Shown: positions 35,311 through 46,592 of the stretch, one piece after another
How positions within the stretch are numbered: the first letter of the stretch is position 1
Layout: each line of letters begins with the position of its first letter
Source of the DNA: Vulcanimicrobiota bacterium
GTDB taxonomy: Bacteria; Vulcanimicrobiota; Vulcanimicrobiia; Vulcanimicrobiales; Vulcanimicrobiaceae
Assembly (NCBI GenBank): GCA_963723515.1
Contig: CAVRQT010000003.1
Span: forward strand, 608,001 to 672,000
Direction: 5' to 3'
Length of the DNA stretch: 64,000 nucleotides
Translations under genes and position numbers: made by a program
Notes under the pieces: model-generated
Database searches by the model: none
The model's input: the letters and a program-made list of their open reading frames with translations, nothing else
What the model was told of the DNA's origin: nothing

Positions 35311-35928
35311 ATGGATCACCTCGTCCCGATGGTTGTCGAGCAGAGCGCGCGCGGTGAACGAGCCTTTGACATCTACTCGCGACTGCTGAAGGATCGCATC
35401 ATCTTCGTCGGTGGCCCGATGGACGACCATTTGGCGAACCTCGTCATCGCGCAGCTGCTCTTCCTCGAGCGCGAGGATCCCGACAAAGACATCGACATGT
35501 ACATCAATAGCCCTGGCGGCAGCGTGACGGCTGGGCTTGCGATCTACGACACCATGCGCTACATCAAGCCGGACGTGGCGACGATCTGCGCCGGCATGGC
35601 CGCGTCGATGGCGTCGATCATCTTGACCGGCGGGGCGAAGGGCAAGCGGTTTGCCCTGCCTTATGCGAAGATTCTGATCCATCAGCCGTGGGTGCAGCAA
35701 GTCGGGGGGCAGGCAACCGACATTGAGATTCACGCCCGAGACCTGATTGCCACCCGGCGCATGCTCGCGAGCATTTACGAGGAGACGACGCAGAAGCCGA
35801 TCGAGCAGATCCTCAAGGATATCGAGCGCGACTTCTACATGACTGCCCAGGAGGCGGCTGAATACGGTATTATAGATAGCGTGATTCGGAAAGACACGCG
35901 CGCGGTCGCCGCTCCGGTCAAGACCTAG
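35311..35928 (+). CDS. clpP: ATP-dependent Clp protease proteolytic subunit
   Basis: [28 protein letters not shown]. Confidence 0.98.
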   Translation: MDHLVPMVVEQSARGERAFDIYSRLLKDRIIFVGGPMDDHLANLVIAQLLFLEREDPDKDIDMYINSPGGSVTAGLAIYDTMRYIKPDVATICAGMAASMASIILTGGAKGKRFALPYAKILIHQPWVQQVGGQATDIEIHARDLIATRRMLASIYEETTQKPIEQILKDIERDFYMTAQEAAEYGIIDSVIRKDTRAVAAPVKT

Positions 35929-35948
35929 GGAAGCGAAGCGCCTTCTAA

Positions 35949-37208
35949 ATGTTTCGGTTTGGCGACGAAAAAGGGCAATTGAAGTGCAGCTTCTGCGGCA
36001 AATCGCAGGAGCAAGTGCGCAAGTTGATCGCCGGTCCCGGCGTCTACATTTGCGACGAATGCATCGAGCTCTGTAATGAAATCATCGAAGAAGAGCTCTA
36101 CAAGAACGTTGACGAGAATCTCCGTCTGCGCAACATTCCGAAGCCCAAAGAAATCAATCACATCCTCAATCAGTATGTGATCGGTCAAGAGCGAGCCAAG
36201 AAGTCACTCGCCGTCGCGGTTTACAATCACTACAAGCGCATCAACATGGGCGGCTCCGCCGACGACGTCGAGCTGCAAAAGTCGAACATCTTGCTGGTCG
36301 GGCCGACGGGTTCCGGTAAAACCTATCTGGCTCAGACGCTCGCCAAGATCTTAGACGTGCCACTCGCGATGGCCGACGCAACGTCATTGACCGAAGCCGG
36401 TTACGTCGGTGAAGATGTCGAGAACATTCTGCTCAAGCTGATTCAGGCTGCAGACTACGACGTCAAGCGCGCGGAGAAGGGCATCGTCTACATCGATGAA
36501 ATCGACAAAATCGCGCGCAAGAGCGAGAATCCGTCGATTACGCGCGACGTTTCCGGTGAAGGCGTCCAACAAGCGCTCCTCAAGATCCTAGAAGGTACGA
36601 CTGCCAACGTTCCACCTCAAGGCGGTCGCAAGCATCCGCATCAAGAGTTCATCCAAATCGATACGACCAACGTGTTGTTCATCTGCGGCGGCGCATTCGA
36701 CGGTCTCGACCGAATGATTGAATCGCGCGTTGCCAACAACAGCATGGGCTTCCGCGCTCAACCGGAAAGCAAACGGGAGTTTCGCGTCGGCCGATTGCTC
36801 GAGCAGCTGATGCCGGAAGATCTGCTGAAGTTCGGTTTGATTCCGGAATTCATTGGGCGACTGCCGATCGTGGTGACGCTCGATGCGCTCGATGAGCTCG
36901 CCTTGCGGCGCATTTTGGTCGAACCGCGCAACGCGCTCGTCCGTCAATTCCAAAAGATCATGGGAATGGACGGCGTGGAGTTGACCTTCACGAAGGAAGC
37001 GCTCGTCGCGATCGCCATTAAAGCGCAGAGCCGCAAGACCGGCGCGCGCGGCCTTCGCTCGATTCTCGAAGAAGTGATGCTCGACGTCATGTACGATTTG
37101 CCGTCGCTGAGCGGCGTGAAGAAGTGCGTGGTGAATAAGGAAGTCATCGAAAAACGCGAGCAGCCCACGCTGATCTACGCTGAACGTCAGAAGGACATGC
37201 CCGCCTAA
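35949..37208 (+). CDS. clpX: Clp protease ATP-binding subunit
   Basis: CSFCGK zinc finger, [27 protein letters not shown]. Confidence 0.98.
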   Translation: MFRFGDEKGQLKCSFCGKSQEQVRKLIAGPGVYICDECIELCNEIIEEELYKNVDENLRLRNIPKPKEINHILNQYVIGQERAKKSLAVAVYNHYKRINMGGSADDVELQKSNILLVGPTGSGKTYLAQTLAKILDVPLAMADATSLTEAGYVGEDVENILLKLIQAADYDVKRAEKGIVYIDEIDKIARKSENPSITRDVSGEGVQQALLKILEGTTANVPPQGGRKHPHQEFIQIDTTNVLFICGGAFDGLDRMIESRVANNSMGFRAQPESKREFRVGRLLEQLMPEDLLKFGLIPEFIGRLPIVVTLDALDELALRRILVEPRNALVRQFQKIMGMDGVELTFTKEALVAIAIKAQSRKTGARGLRSILEEVMLDVMYDLPSLSGVKKCVVNKEVIEKREQPTLIYAERQKDMPA

Positions 37209-37210
37209 CC

Positions 37211-37627
37211 GTGCGCGCGTTCGGCATCGCTTGGTGTCTGTGCGGACTCCTCTGTGCACACGCCGGCGTTGCGCTCGCCAAACCACCCGCTCCGCCTGCG
37301 ATTACGATGGTGTTCGGCGACATTCCGGTAGCGCCGGGCAGCTTTCCCGATTACCGGCCGCGTCAATTCGCGCTTCGTGGAACGTTGCAAGTCAAGCCGC
37401 AAGCGTTCAACTTCGCAAGCTACACGAATGCAAACGCGATGCTTGCGTGGTACCGCCGGCAGATGCCGGCCCACGGCTGGCACGTCCAGTCAATGCACGC
37501 AAACTACCCGTATCCCGGTGCAAACTCGCTGATTAGCTCGCGTCGCGGCGAGGCCGCGACAATCGTGGTCGAGCCGGCGCGCTTCGGTTCTCGCGTCAGC
37601 ATCATCAAACTGAATACGGCGAAATAG
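37211..37627 (+). CDS. Secreted hypothetical protein
   Basis: Signal-peptide-like N-terminus; fills the clpX-valS gap. Confidence 0.6.
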   Translation: MRAFGIAWCLCGLLCAHAGVALAKPPAPPAITMVFGDIPVAPGSFPDYRPRQFALRGTLQVKPQAFNFASYTNANAMLAWYRRQMPAHGWHVQSMHANYPYPGANSLISSRRGEAATIVVEPARFGSRVSIIKLNTAK

Positions 37628-37630
37628 CGT

Positions 37631-40239
37631 ATCGCTAGCGAAGTCTCTAAAGCGTACGACCCGAAGGCCGTCGAGCAGCGTTTGTACGAGCGGTGGGAGA
37701 AGGCCGGCTACTTTCACGCGGAGCCGGACCCCGCGCGGCCGCCATACATCATCTGCATGCCGCCACCGAATGTCACGGCGCGCGCTCACTTAGGACACGG
37801 TTCGACCTACACGCCGATGGATGTGCTCGTGCGCTACCATCGTATGCTTGGCGAATTGCGCCGATTGGCTTCCCGGAACCGATCACGCGGCGATCGCGAC
37901 GGAAGCCGTGCTCGTGCGTCAATTGGCGGAGCAAGGGCTCTCGCGCGAGTCTCTGGGACGCGAAGAGTATCTTCGGCGCGCCTGGCAGTGGTCGGTTGAA
38001 ACAGGGGCCTCGATCGAGCAGCAATTCCGGCGGCTCGGATTCGGTCCCGATTGGGCGCGCTCGCGCTTTACCATGGATGCGTCGCTCGCAGCCGCTGTCA
38101 CAAAAGTTTTTGTAACACTGTATCGCGACGGGCTGATCTATCGCGATAAGCGATTGATCAACTGGGATCCCGCCGCGCAAACGACGGTGTCGGACGCCGA
38201 AGTAGAACACGTCGAACGGAGCACGAGCCTGTGGACCGTTCGCTATCCATTCGCAGACGGTTCATCGGGCGGCGCCGATATTGCGACCACGCGCCCCGAG
38301 ACGATTCTCGCCGACGTTGCGCTCGCCGTGCATCCTGAAGATCGGCGCTTTGCATCACTCATCGGCAGGCGGGTCCGCGTGCCGCCGATGCTCGAACGCG
38401 ATATTCCAATTATCGCGGATGCGGCGGTCGATCCGGCATTCGGCACCGGCATCGTGAAAGTTACTCCGGCACATGACCAAACCGATTACGAAATCGGCCT
38501 CCGGCATCATTTGCCGATGCCCTCAGTCATCGGCCTCGATGCACGAATCAGAAGCGACGACCTGCCCGTCGGCAGATACGGCGGGATGGATCGCTTCGCG
38601 GTGCGACAAGCGATCGTCGAAGATCTTGAGAAGCTCGCGCTGATCGTTCGGATCGAGCCGTACGTGCATAACGTCGCAACGAGCGAGCGCTCCGGCGAGA
38701 TGATCGAGCCGCTGCTCTCGCTGCAGTGGTTCTGCAAGATGAAGCCGCTTGCGGAACCGGCGTTACAGGCGTATCGCGATGGGCGGCTGCGTTTCATCCC
38801 ATCGAGATATGGCCGCACCTACGAGCAATGGCTTGAGAACATCCGCGATTGGAATGTCTCGCGGCAGATTTGGTGGGGCCATCAACTTCCGGTCTGGTAC
38901 ACGCCGGACGATCGAGTCGTCGTTGCCGAGACGGAAGAAGAGGCGCACGAAATCGCGCGCCGGGAGTTCGGCACGACAGATCTTCGCCGCGATGCCGATA
39001 CGCTCGATACCTGGTTCTCGAGCGCGCTGTGGCCGTTTTCGATTCTCGGCTGGCCGAAGCAAACGCCGGAACTTGCGCAGTGGTACCCGTCGCAAGTCCT
39101 GATTACCGGCTGGGAGATCATCTTTCTTTGGGTTGCAAGGATGGTAATGCTGGGCCTACGGTTCATGGGAGAAGTCCCGTTTCCCGACGCATTTATCACG
39201 CCGCTCGTCTTCGATGCCCGGGGGCGCAAAATGAGCAAATCGCTCGGCAACGCGATCGATCCCCTGGACATCGTCGAGAAGTACGGCGCGGATGCGTTTC
39301 GCATGGGAATGATGCGGCAGATGCGGCTCGAGGGCCAAGAGCTGCGATTTCAGGAGAAACGTTGCGAAGAGGCGCGCAACTTTAACAACAAGATTTGGAA
39401 CGCGACCCGATACGCATTGAGCATACCGGAGGGTTTGCCGGCGCCATTGGCCTTGCCGCCGGCGAATCAGTTATCGCTGGCCGACAAGTGGATTTTGTCT
39501 CGGCTGCACGATGCGGTCGGAACGGTTACAGAAGCCCTGAACGGCTACGATTTCGGCACCGTAGCGGAGACGTTGTGGCGCTTCATCTGGTACGACATGT
39601 GCGATTGGTACGTCGAAGCGGCGAAGCTGCCGGCGCAGCTCGCGCGCGGCGGTGCTCTCTTTTGTGTTAAATACGGCGATGCGGTTATTGCATCCGATCG
39701 AGCCATTCATCTCCGAAGAAGTGTGGCTCTCTCTCCCGCATGACGGCGAGAGCATCATGACGGCGTCGTGGCCGGATAAAGCCGAGATTCCAAGTGACCC
39801 CCAAGCGGCAATGCAGTTTGAAAGCATGCAGCGGGTGGTCGAGCGTCTGCGAAACATGCGTGCCGAGATGGGCCTCCAGCCGAGCGCCCGCCTCAGCGTC
39901 CAGATGCCGCGAACAGTGCCGAAAGAAATCGCGGACTTACTTCTATGGTACGTCCGAGGCGATGCAGAACCGATCGATGGGCCCTCAGCGACGATCGAGG
40001 AAGCATTGGACGCGGTTCGTGCGCAGGCACCGCGTGACGTGCTTCTCGAGCGTTACCGCAAGGAGGCGGCGCACTTGGAAAGCGAGATCGAACGCGTGCG
40101 GCGGAAATTGAGCGACCGGCAGTTCGTCGGCAAAGCGCCGGCAGCGGTCGTCGAGCGCGAACGCGAGAAGCTCGCTCGATTTGAAGCGGAACTCGCGCGC
40201 AGACGCGCCGGACTTGAAGAGCTGGGGGAGATCGCCTGA
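37631..40239 (+). CDS. valS: Valine--tRNA ligase; frameshifts near 37855 and 39645; probable ATC start
   Basis: KAYDP, PPPNVT..HLGH, PGTDHAAIAT, TTRPET, SRQIWWGH, DTWFSS, KMSKS, C-terminal coiled coil. Confidence 0.96.
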
Positions 40240-40241
40240 CG

Positions 40242-40785
40242 ATGCGCACCGCTACGGGAGAAGACAACGCTCATCGGCAGCGCTGAAATCGAGCGGATCA
40301 TCGCGCGGTTAGCGCATCAGATCGTCGAGCCGCAAGATGCGCAACGAGGCCTCTTCTTGATGGGCGTTCGCCGCGGAGGCGAAGCGCTCGCGATGCGCCT
40401 TGCGGAGAAGATAAAAACAATGAGCGGAGCGCAGCCGCCGCTGGGTTTTCTCAACATTAACCTTTACCGCGATGATGACGTTTCTCATGAAATGCCTGAC
40501 TCGGTCATTCCGTCCGACGTGAATGGAAGGACCGTCGTGCTTGTGGATGACGTCCTCTACACCGGTCGCACGGTTCGTTCAGCGCTCGATGCCGTCACCG
40601 ACCTCGGACGTCCCGGCGCGATTCGTTTATGCGTGCTGATCGATCGCGGATTGCGCGAACTGCCGATCCAGGCCGACTATGCGGGACGCACGATCGCAAC
40701 GACTCCGGAGCAACGCGTCGTTGTTACGCTAGCGCGAACTCCGGATCAATCCGATGAGGTAAGCATTCTTGCGAGCGCGCCGTAG
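40242..40785 (+). CDS. pyrR: Bifunctional pyr regulator / uracil phosphoribosyltransferase; 5' frameshift
   Basis: RIIARLAHQIVE, LYRDD, VLVDDVLYTGRTVRSALDA, DRGLRELPIQADY. Confidence 0.93.
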
Positions 40786-41689
40786 CCTCATCGATCTCGA
40801 TGATCTCACGCCGGCGGAGATCGAGTACCTTTTTAAACGGACGCAGCAATTCGAGCAGAAGCTTCCCAAGCGCGGATTGCTCGATGAGATCGCATGCGTC
40901 AACATGTTTTTCGAGCAGAGCACGCGCACGCTGGCCTCATTCATGCTGGCACAGCAGCGCCTAGGTGCAGACATCATCACCCTCGATCCGAGCGACACGA
41001 GCCTCGGCAAAGGCGAGCGCCTCGAAGACGCGGCGATCACGCTCAATGCAATGGGGTTTTCGGTAATGGTGATCCGCCACTCGGAGCCTGGTTTTCCGCG
41101 CCAAATTGCGATGGCGTTTGACGGGCATGTTGTCAACGCCGGTGATGGCGCGCACGCCCACCCGACGCAGGCACTGCTGGACCTGTACACGATGTGCAAA
41201 GAGTTCGGCCAGCTCAAAGGGCGCAAGGTCGCAATCGTCGGCGACATCCTGCACAGCCGCGTAGCGCATTCGAACATTCAAGGCCTGAAGAACTTAGGCG
41301 CCCAGATCGTCCTCGTCGGGCCGGAATCATTCTTACCGGAATCGTTTGCCTCGGAGAGCATTCACGTCGAGCGCGACTTCGATAAGGTCTTGCCGGAAGT
41401 TGATGCGATCATGCTGCTGCGCATTCAGCGCGAACGTTTTGCCGTGACGCCGACGCTGATCTCTGATGAGGACTTTATCCGCGGCTACCGTCTCGATGCG
41501 AACCGCCTGACGCGCCTGAAGGAAGATGCAATCGTCATGCACCCCGGACCGTACAATCGCGGCATCGAGCTCGTCGATGAAGTGCTCGCATACGCCGGAT
41601 GGCGATACGCGAATCAGGTTCGCCATGGCGTCTTCATGCGGATGGCGGTCCTCGACTTCTTGGTCAACGGTCAGCAAAAGAGCGCCTGA
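40769..41689 (+). CDS. pyrB: Aspartate carbamoyltransferase catalytic subunit
   Basis: FFEQSTRT, NAGDG..HPTQALLD, GDILHSRV, RIQRER, MHPGP. Confidence 0.97.
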   Translation: MRARRSLIDLDDLTPAEIEYLFKRTQQFEQKLPKRGLLDEIACVNMFFEQSTRTLASFMLAQQRLGADIITLDPSDTSLGKGERLEDAAITLNAMGFSVMVIRHSEPGFPRQIAMAFDGHVVNAGDGAHAHPTQALLDLYTMCKEFGQLKGRKVAIVGDILHSRVAHSNIQGLKNLGAQIVLVGPESFLPESFASESIHVERDFDKVLPEVDAIMLLRIQRERFAVTPTLISDEDFIRGYRLDANRLTRLKEDAIVMHPGPYNRGIELVDEVLAYAGWRYANQVRHGVFMRMAVLDFLVNGQQKSA

Positions 41690-42915
41690 TGCTCGTCTCC
41701 GGCGGCAGAGTGATCGATCCGGCGCAAGAGTTGGATCGCCGGCTTGACGTGCGCGTTGAGAACGAGAAGATCGTTGAATTAGGAGAGCATTTGACGCCGT
41801 CGGAAGATGAGGTCGTCTTCGACGCAAGCGGCGCGTATGTTGCGCCGGGATTCATCGACATGCACGTGCATTTGCGTGAGCCCGGCTTTCCGGAAAAGGA
41901 GACGATCGCGACCGGTTGCGCAGCGGCGGTCGCCGGTGGATTTACGGCGGTTGCGTGCATGCCGAACACGCAGCCCGCGATCGATGAGAAGGCAGTTCTG
42001 AAGAAGGTTCTAGATGCGGCAAAAGGGGCGGCCTTGGCGCGCGTCTACCCGATCGCCGCGATAACCCGCGGCAGAGCGGGACGCGAACTTCTGGATTATG
42101 CCGCTCTAGCGGCCGCTGACGCCGTCGCCTTCAGCGACGACGGCCAAGCTGTGGACGATGGGGGAATTCTTTTTGAGGCGGCCGTTCGTGCGCGCGATGT
42201 GGCACACCCATTCATCTCACATTGCGAAGATGAACGATTGAAGCGCCTGGGGGCTTCGGCCGCCGAAGACGTTGTCGTCGCGCGAGACCTCATCATCGCG
42301 CAAGCAACACGCAAGGCGTGGCATATCGCCCATCTCTCGACGACCGAATCGCTTGCGTTGCTGAGGTGGGCACGCAGTCGCGGAAATGCGGCAACCTGCG
42401 AAGTGACTCCGCACCACCTCTGCTTTACCGACGACCTGATTGCGCAATGGAACGGCAAAGCGAACGTCAATCCGCCGCTTCGGCGGGAAAGCGATGCGGC
42501 GGCGTTGCGTGAGGGCGTGCGCGATGGAACGGTTGATGCATTCGCGAGCGACCACGCCCCGCATGAGTCGCGCGAAAAGACGCGCTCCGTGGATCGCGCG
42601 GCGCCTGGATTCAGCGGGCTGGAAGTTGCGGCGGGTGCCTATGCGCTCGCCGTGCCCGACCTTTCGCTCATGCGCTACGTCGCATTGCTCTCGACGAATC
42701 CCGCGCGCATTCTCAACGTCGGCGGGGGATCGCTGCGATTGGGAGTGCCGGCGGACATGACGATTTTTGCGGATCGGCCGTGGACTGTCGATACGGCGCA
42801 CTTCTATTCTAAAGGAAGATGCACGCCGTTCGAGGGCAAGCGGCTACCGCGAAAAGCGATCGCGACGATCGTCGGCGGCCGGATTGTGATGGCCGATGGG
42901 AAGGTGAAAAGCTGA
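41689..42915 (+). CDS. pyrC: Dihydroorotase
   Basis: DMHVHLREPG, MPNT, EVTPHH, NPPLR, SDHAPH. Confidence 0.95.
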   Translation: MLVSGGRVIDPAQELDRRLDVRVENEKIVELGEHLTPSEDEVVFDASGAYVAPGFIDMHVHLREPGFPEKETIATGCAAAVAGGFTAVACMPNTQPAIDEKAVLKKVLDAAKGAALARVYPIAAITRGRAGRELLDYAALAAADAVAFSDDGQAVDDGGILFEAAVRARDVAHPFISHCEDERLKRLGASAAEDVVVARDLIIAQATRKAWHIAHLSTTESLALLRWARSRGNAATCEVTPHHLCFTDDLIAQWNGKANVNPPLRRESDAAALREGVRDGTVDAFASDHAPHESREKTRSVDRAAPGFSGLEVAAGAYALAVPDLSLMRYVALLSTNPARILNVGGGSLRLGVPADMTIFADRPWTVDTAHFYSKGRCTPFEGKRLPRKAIATIVGGRIVMADGKVKS

Positions 42916-43991
42916 AGCCGGCGGCGCTTTTTCTCGCCGATGGCACCCGCTTCGATGGGGGCGGCCTGGAGTTCGAAGGCGTGGCGCTCGGCGAGGCGGT
43001 TTTTTACACCGGCATGACAGGCTATGAGGAAGCCTTGACCGATCCATCCTATGCGGGACAGATTTTGACGTTCACCTATCCGATGATCGGCAACTATGGC
43101 GTCTCGCACAGCGCGGCACAGTATCCACGCGCCTGCGTTGCCGGCGCCGTCATCAAGCATTTGAGCGCCCATCCTTCGCATCACGCATCCGCAATCGGCT
43201 TGCGCGAGTGGCTCGGCGAGCAAAGGATCGCGACGATGGTCGGCGCAGATACGCGCTCGATCACGATCGCGCTGCGCGAACACGGCACGATCTGGGCGGC
43301 GCTTGCGGTCGGCGAAGACGCGTTGCAAAGGGCTGAAAGCGAGCTCACGACGTTCGCGCGGCGCGCCACGACGAAAGACCTCGTGCCCAGCGTCGCCACA
43401 AACCACGAGCACCACGAAGGCAGCGCGCGTGGACCCCACGTCGTCGTGATTGACTGCGGCGTGAAACGTGCGGTTTTGCGAGAGTTAGAAGCGCTCGACG
43501 CCGCGATCACGGTCGTGCCGTTTGACATGCCTGCCGAGGAAATTCTGAAGCACGATCCACGGGCGATCGTCGTCTCCCCGGGGCCGGGTGATCCGACGGA
43601 TCTTGCGGGCACGATCGAAACGTTACATCAATTGGTCGGAAAGCGGCCGATCTTCGGCGTCTGTCTGGGGCATCAGTTGCTGGCGCTGGCTTGCGGCGGC
43701 AAAACGTACAAACTCCCCTATGGTCATCGTGGCGGCAACCAACCCGTTAAGGACCTGGAGGGCGGCGAAGTGCTCATCACCGCGCACAATCACGGGTACG
43801 CCGTCGACTCAGCGTCGCTGCCCAACCACTTGATTCCAACGATGGTCAATCTCAACGACGGAACGAACGAAGGCTTTCGGCATCGCGATTTGCCGGTCGC
43901 GGCGGTTCAATTCCATCCCGAGGCCTCGCCGGGTCCGTTCGACGCACGGCGTCTCTTTGCGCAATGGTTCAACGAAGTCGGACTGCTCTAG
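42912..43991 (+). CDS. carA: Carbamoyl-phosphate synthase small subunit; probable CTG start
   Basis: TGMTGYEE.LTDPSY, SPGPGDP, GVCLGHQ, GHRGGNQPV, QFHPEA. Confidence 0.96.
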   Translation: MKPAALFLADGTRFDGGGLEFEGVALGEAVFYTGMTGYEEALTDPSYAGQILTFTYPMIGNYGVSHSAAQYPRACVAGAVIKHLSAHPSHHASAIGLREWLGEQRIATMVGADTRSITIALREHGTIWAALAVGEDALQRAESELTTFARRATTKDLVPSVATNHEHHEGSARGPHVVVIDCGVKRAVLRELEALDAAITVVPFDMPAEEILKHDPRAIVVSPGPGDPTDLAGTIETLHQLVGKRPIFGVCLGHQLLALACGGKTYKLPYGHRGGNQPVKDLEGGEVLITAHNHGYAVDSASLPNHLIPTMVNLNDGTNEGFRHRDLPVAAVQFHPEASPGPFDARRLFAQWFNEVGLL

Positions 43992-44821
43992 GCGCCCTCT
44001 TCGCCGTCGTGACCACGGCGCAAAGCGTCGCCTTTGCGCAAGCGCTGCCGCGCCTGCACGTCATTTCATTCACGATGCGCGCGGATATGCAGGCGCCGCA
44101 TGCCGGAGAGCCATTCCATCTGGAGATCGAAGGTCGGCTACGCGAGCCGCTGAGTGGCGTTGATTTTGTCGTCCTGCCGAACTTGGCCGGCTTGGAGCCG
44201 CTGGGTGACGAGCGGCACGTGTTTACGATGCAAAGCGGGACCAACTTTGCCGAGACGCTCACAGTCGTCGCGCACAACGGCGGCGCCGTGCATCTGAACG
44301 GCGCTTATTTCGATGCGATCGATCCGCGTGACGGCAAAGCGAAGCGCTATTATTCGAACGATCTCGTGCTGAACGTGATCGGTTCGACGCCGGCGCCGGC
44401 CGAAGGCACCGGCTGGCTTCTGGCTTTGCTTATGAGGCTTGTCGCGGCGCTGCTTCTCGTTTTCTTGGTGGGCGGGTTGCTGTTCAGAAAGAAAGCGCGA
44501 CGGCCTCAACCGCTGGTGCTTTCGACCCCGCCGCAGACGATCGGCCAGGCAACGCCAACCGAAGATGCAGTATCAATAGCACTCGGCGATTTGAAGCGTG
44601 CGCGAAGTCGCGATGCCGTTATGGCGCTGCGAGGCGCACTGTGGAAAACGGCCGGGGCGCGCGGCGGGGAGACGCTGGACGAGCTGCTCTCGCGCAACGG
44701 CGTCGCGGGACCGCTGCGTGCATCGCTGCGTTCGCTCGAGCGCGCTGCATTCGTCGCGGACGAGCGGCTCGGCAGCGCGATTGAGGATGCGATCGCGGTC
44801 GTCGGAAAGCAGCTTTCGTGA
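43964..44821 (+). CDS. Secreted/membrane protein (BatD-like) of the MoxR-VWA module
   Basis: Signal peptide, beta-rich domain, TM segment, Pro-rich linker; directly upstream of moxR. Confidence 0.6.
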   Translation: MVQRSRTALGALFAVVTTAQSVAFAQALPRLHVISFTMRADMQAPHAGEPFHLEIEGRLREPLSGVDFVVLPNLAGLEPLGDERHVFTMQSGTNFAETLTVVAHNGGAVHLNGAYFDAIDPRDGKAKRYYSNDLVLNVIGSTPAPAEGTGWLLALLMRLVAALLLVFLVGGLLFRKKARRPQPLVLSTPPQTIGQATPTEDAVSIALGDLKRARSRDAVMALRGALWKTAGARGGETLDELLSRNGVAGPLRASLRSLERAAFVADERLGSAIEDAIAVVGKQLS

Positions 44822-45765
44822 CGCGTACCACGCCACAGCAGTTGCTCGCGGCGCTTCGCGAGACGATCGTCGGCCAGGAATCGGTGACCCAAGCCCTGGT
44901 TTTGGGCTTGATTTCAAACGGGCATGTCCTACTCGAAGGGCCGCCCGGACTGGCAAAAACATTGGCCTGCCGCGCGCTTGCGGCCGCCTTGGACGGCTGC
45001 TTCAAACGCATTCAATTCACGCCCGATTTACTGCCCAGCGATATTGTTGGAACGCGCATCTTTGACCAGCGACAAGCTGAATTCACGACGAGCTTCGGCC
45101 CGATCTTTGCAAATGTCGTCCTCGCCGACGAGATCAATCGCGCGCCGGCCAAAGTGCAGTCGGCGTTGCTCGAAGCGATGCAAGAGCATCAAGTCACGAT
45201 CGGACCGCACACCCATCCACTTCCCGATCCATTCATCGTGATGGCGACGATGAATCCGCTCGATGCTGACGGCACCTACGCCTTGCCGCTCGCGCAGATG
45301 GACCGATTCTTGCTCAAAGTGAATGTCGGATATCCCACCGCAGACGAAGAGCGGCTCATTCTCGAGCGTTTTGCGATTGCCGAAACGCCGCTGCGCTCCG
45401 GCGCCGCAACGTTGAACGACGTGCTCGCTTGGAGAGAAGAGGCGCGCGCGATCTATCTCGACGAGAAACTGAAGGCGTATATCGTTGCGCTCGTTGGGAT
45501 GACGCGAAATGCGGCTTCAGTGTCCGCGGTCGGGGACCACGTGATCGACCGGGGAGCGAGTCCTCGCGCCACGCTGGCGCTGGCCTTCCTTTCACGCGCC
45601 AAAGCGCTCTTGGACGAACGCGATTATGTGTTGCCGGACGACGTTCGAACCGTTGCGCCGCTCGTGCTGCGTCACCGCCTCGGACTGAACTATCGCGTCT
45701 TGGCCGACAACCTGGATCCGGAAGCGATTCTCTCGTCGCTGATTGCGGCGGTGCCGGCGCCGTGA
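44818..45765 (+). CDS. MoxR family AAA+ ATPase
   Basis: HVLLEGPPGLAKT, RIQFTPDLLPSD, DEINRAPAKVQSALLEAM, GASPRA. Confidence 0.96.
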   Translation: MTRTTPQQLLAALRETIVGQESVTQALVLGLISNGHVLLEGPPGLAKTLACRALAAALDGCFKRIQFTPDLLPSDIVGTRIFDQRQAEFTTSFGPIFANVVLADEINRAPAKVQSALLEAMQEHQVTIGPHTHPLPDPFIVMATMNPLDADGTYALPLAQMDRFLLKVNVGYPTADEERLILERFAIAETPLRSGAATLNDVLAWREEARAIYLDEKLKAYIVALVGMTRNAASVSAVGDHVIDRGASPRATLALAFLSRAKALLDERDYVLPDDVRTVAPLVLRHRLGLNYRVLADNLDPEAILSSLIAAVPAP

Positions 45766-46592
45766 AGGGCGAACTTCGGCGCGCGCTGCTGCTCGGGCGG
45801 CGGCGGCCTCGCCTCATTGGCGAGGGATCGCCTACCGCAATCCGCGGCGACGGCTACGAATTTGCGGAATTGCGTGAGTACGTCGCCGGCGACGATCCGC
45901 GCCGTATCGATTGGGCGGCAACGGCACGTGCGGGGCCGCTCCAGACGCGCGTTGTCTTGGAAGATGTTGCGCTAACGCTGGGCGCAATCGTCGATCGATC
46001 GGAGTCCATGCGCCTTGGACGGCAACGTCCGCTCTCGACTGCCGCATTCGAAGCGCTGCAAACCTGGTACGACGCCGCCGAAACGGACGATCGCTGCGTT
46101 CGGGTTACCGCTCGAGGGGTGCACGCTCCGCCGGCATTGCGCGGCCGCCGGAGTGCGCTGGTCTGCGCGAACATCGCAGACAACGAACCTTTCGTTTTGC
46201 GCAGAGCGCTTGAGATCGCCAGGCACGCGCTATCTCCGGGCGCGGCGTTTCTCGCTGTTAGCGATTTTTACGACCTTCACGACGGCGACGATTTGCTGCT
46301 GCGCAGCTTGGCTCGGCGTCTCGATTGCACGGCCTTGATTGCGCGCGATCCGTGGTTCGATGAGCTGCCGCTGCGCGGCTTCGTGGCCGTGCAAGATGCG
46401 GAGAAGAAGAGGCAACGGCGCCTCTTTATCGGCGCGCCGGAACGCGAGCGTTACCATCGCGCAGTCCTGGCGCGCGAGAAGTCCTTGCGGGACCGCTTTG
46501 AAAACGCCGGTTGGCGAACGGGTGTGTTGTATGAAAGCGACGGAAGGGCTTCGCTTTACCGAGCCTTCGGAATCCCGGCGGCAATCACATGA
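45762..46592 (+). CDS. DUF58 protein
   Basis: G.EFAELREYVAGDDPRRIDWAATAR, DRSESM, VSDF. Confidence 0.92.
   Translation: MKGELRRALLLGRRRPRLIGEGSPTAIRGDGYEFAELREYVAGDDPRRIDWAATARAGPLQTRVVLEDVALTLGAIVDRSESMRLGRQRPLSTAAFEALQTWYDAAETDDRCVRVTARGVHAPPALRGRRSALVCANIADNEPFVLRRALEIARHALSPGAAFLAVSDFYDLHDGDDLLLRSLARRLDCTALIARDPWFDELPLRGFVAVQDAEKKRQRRLFIGAPERERYHRAVLAREKSLRDRFENAGWRTGVLYESDGRASLYRAFGIPAAIT

Noticed and set aside
40237..40260. valS-pyrR stop-codon readthrough (same frame across TGA)
   Set aside because: An out-of-frame ATG at 40242 with an upstream GGGGAG suggests a single-base error instead.
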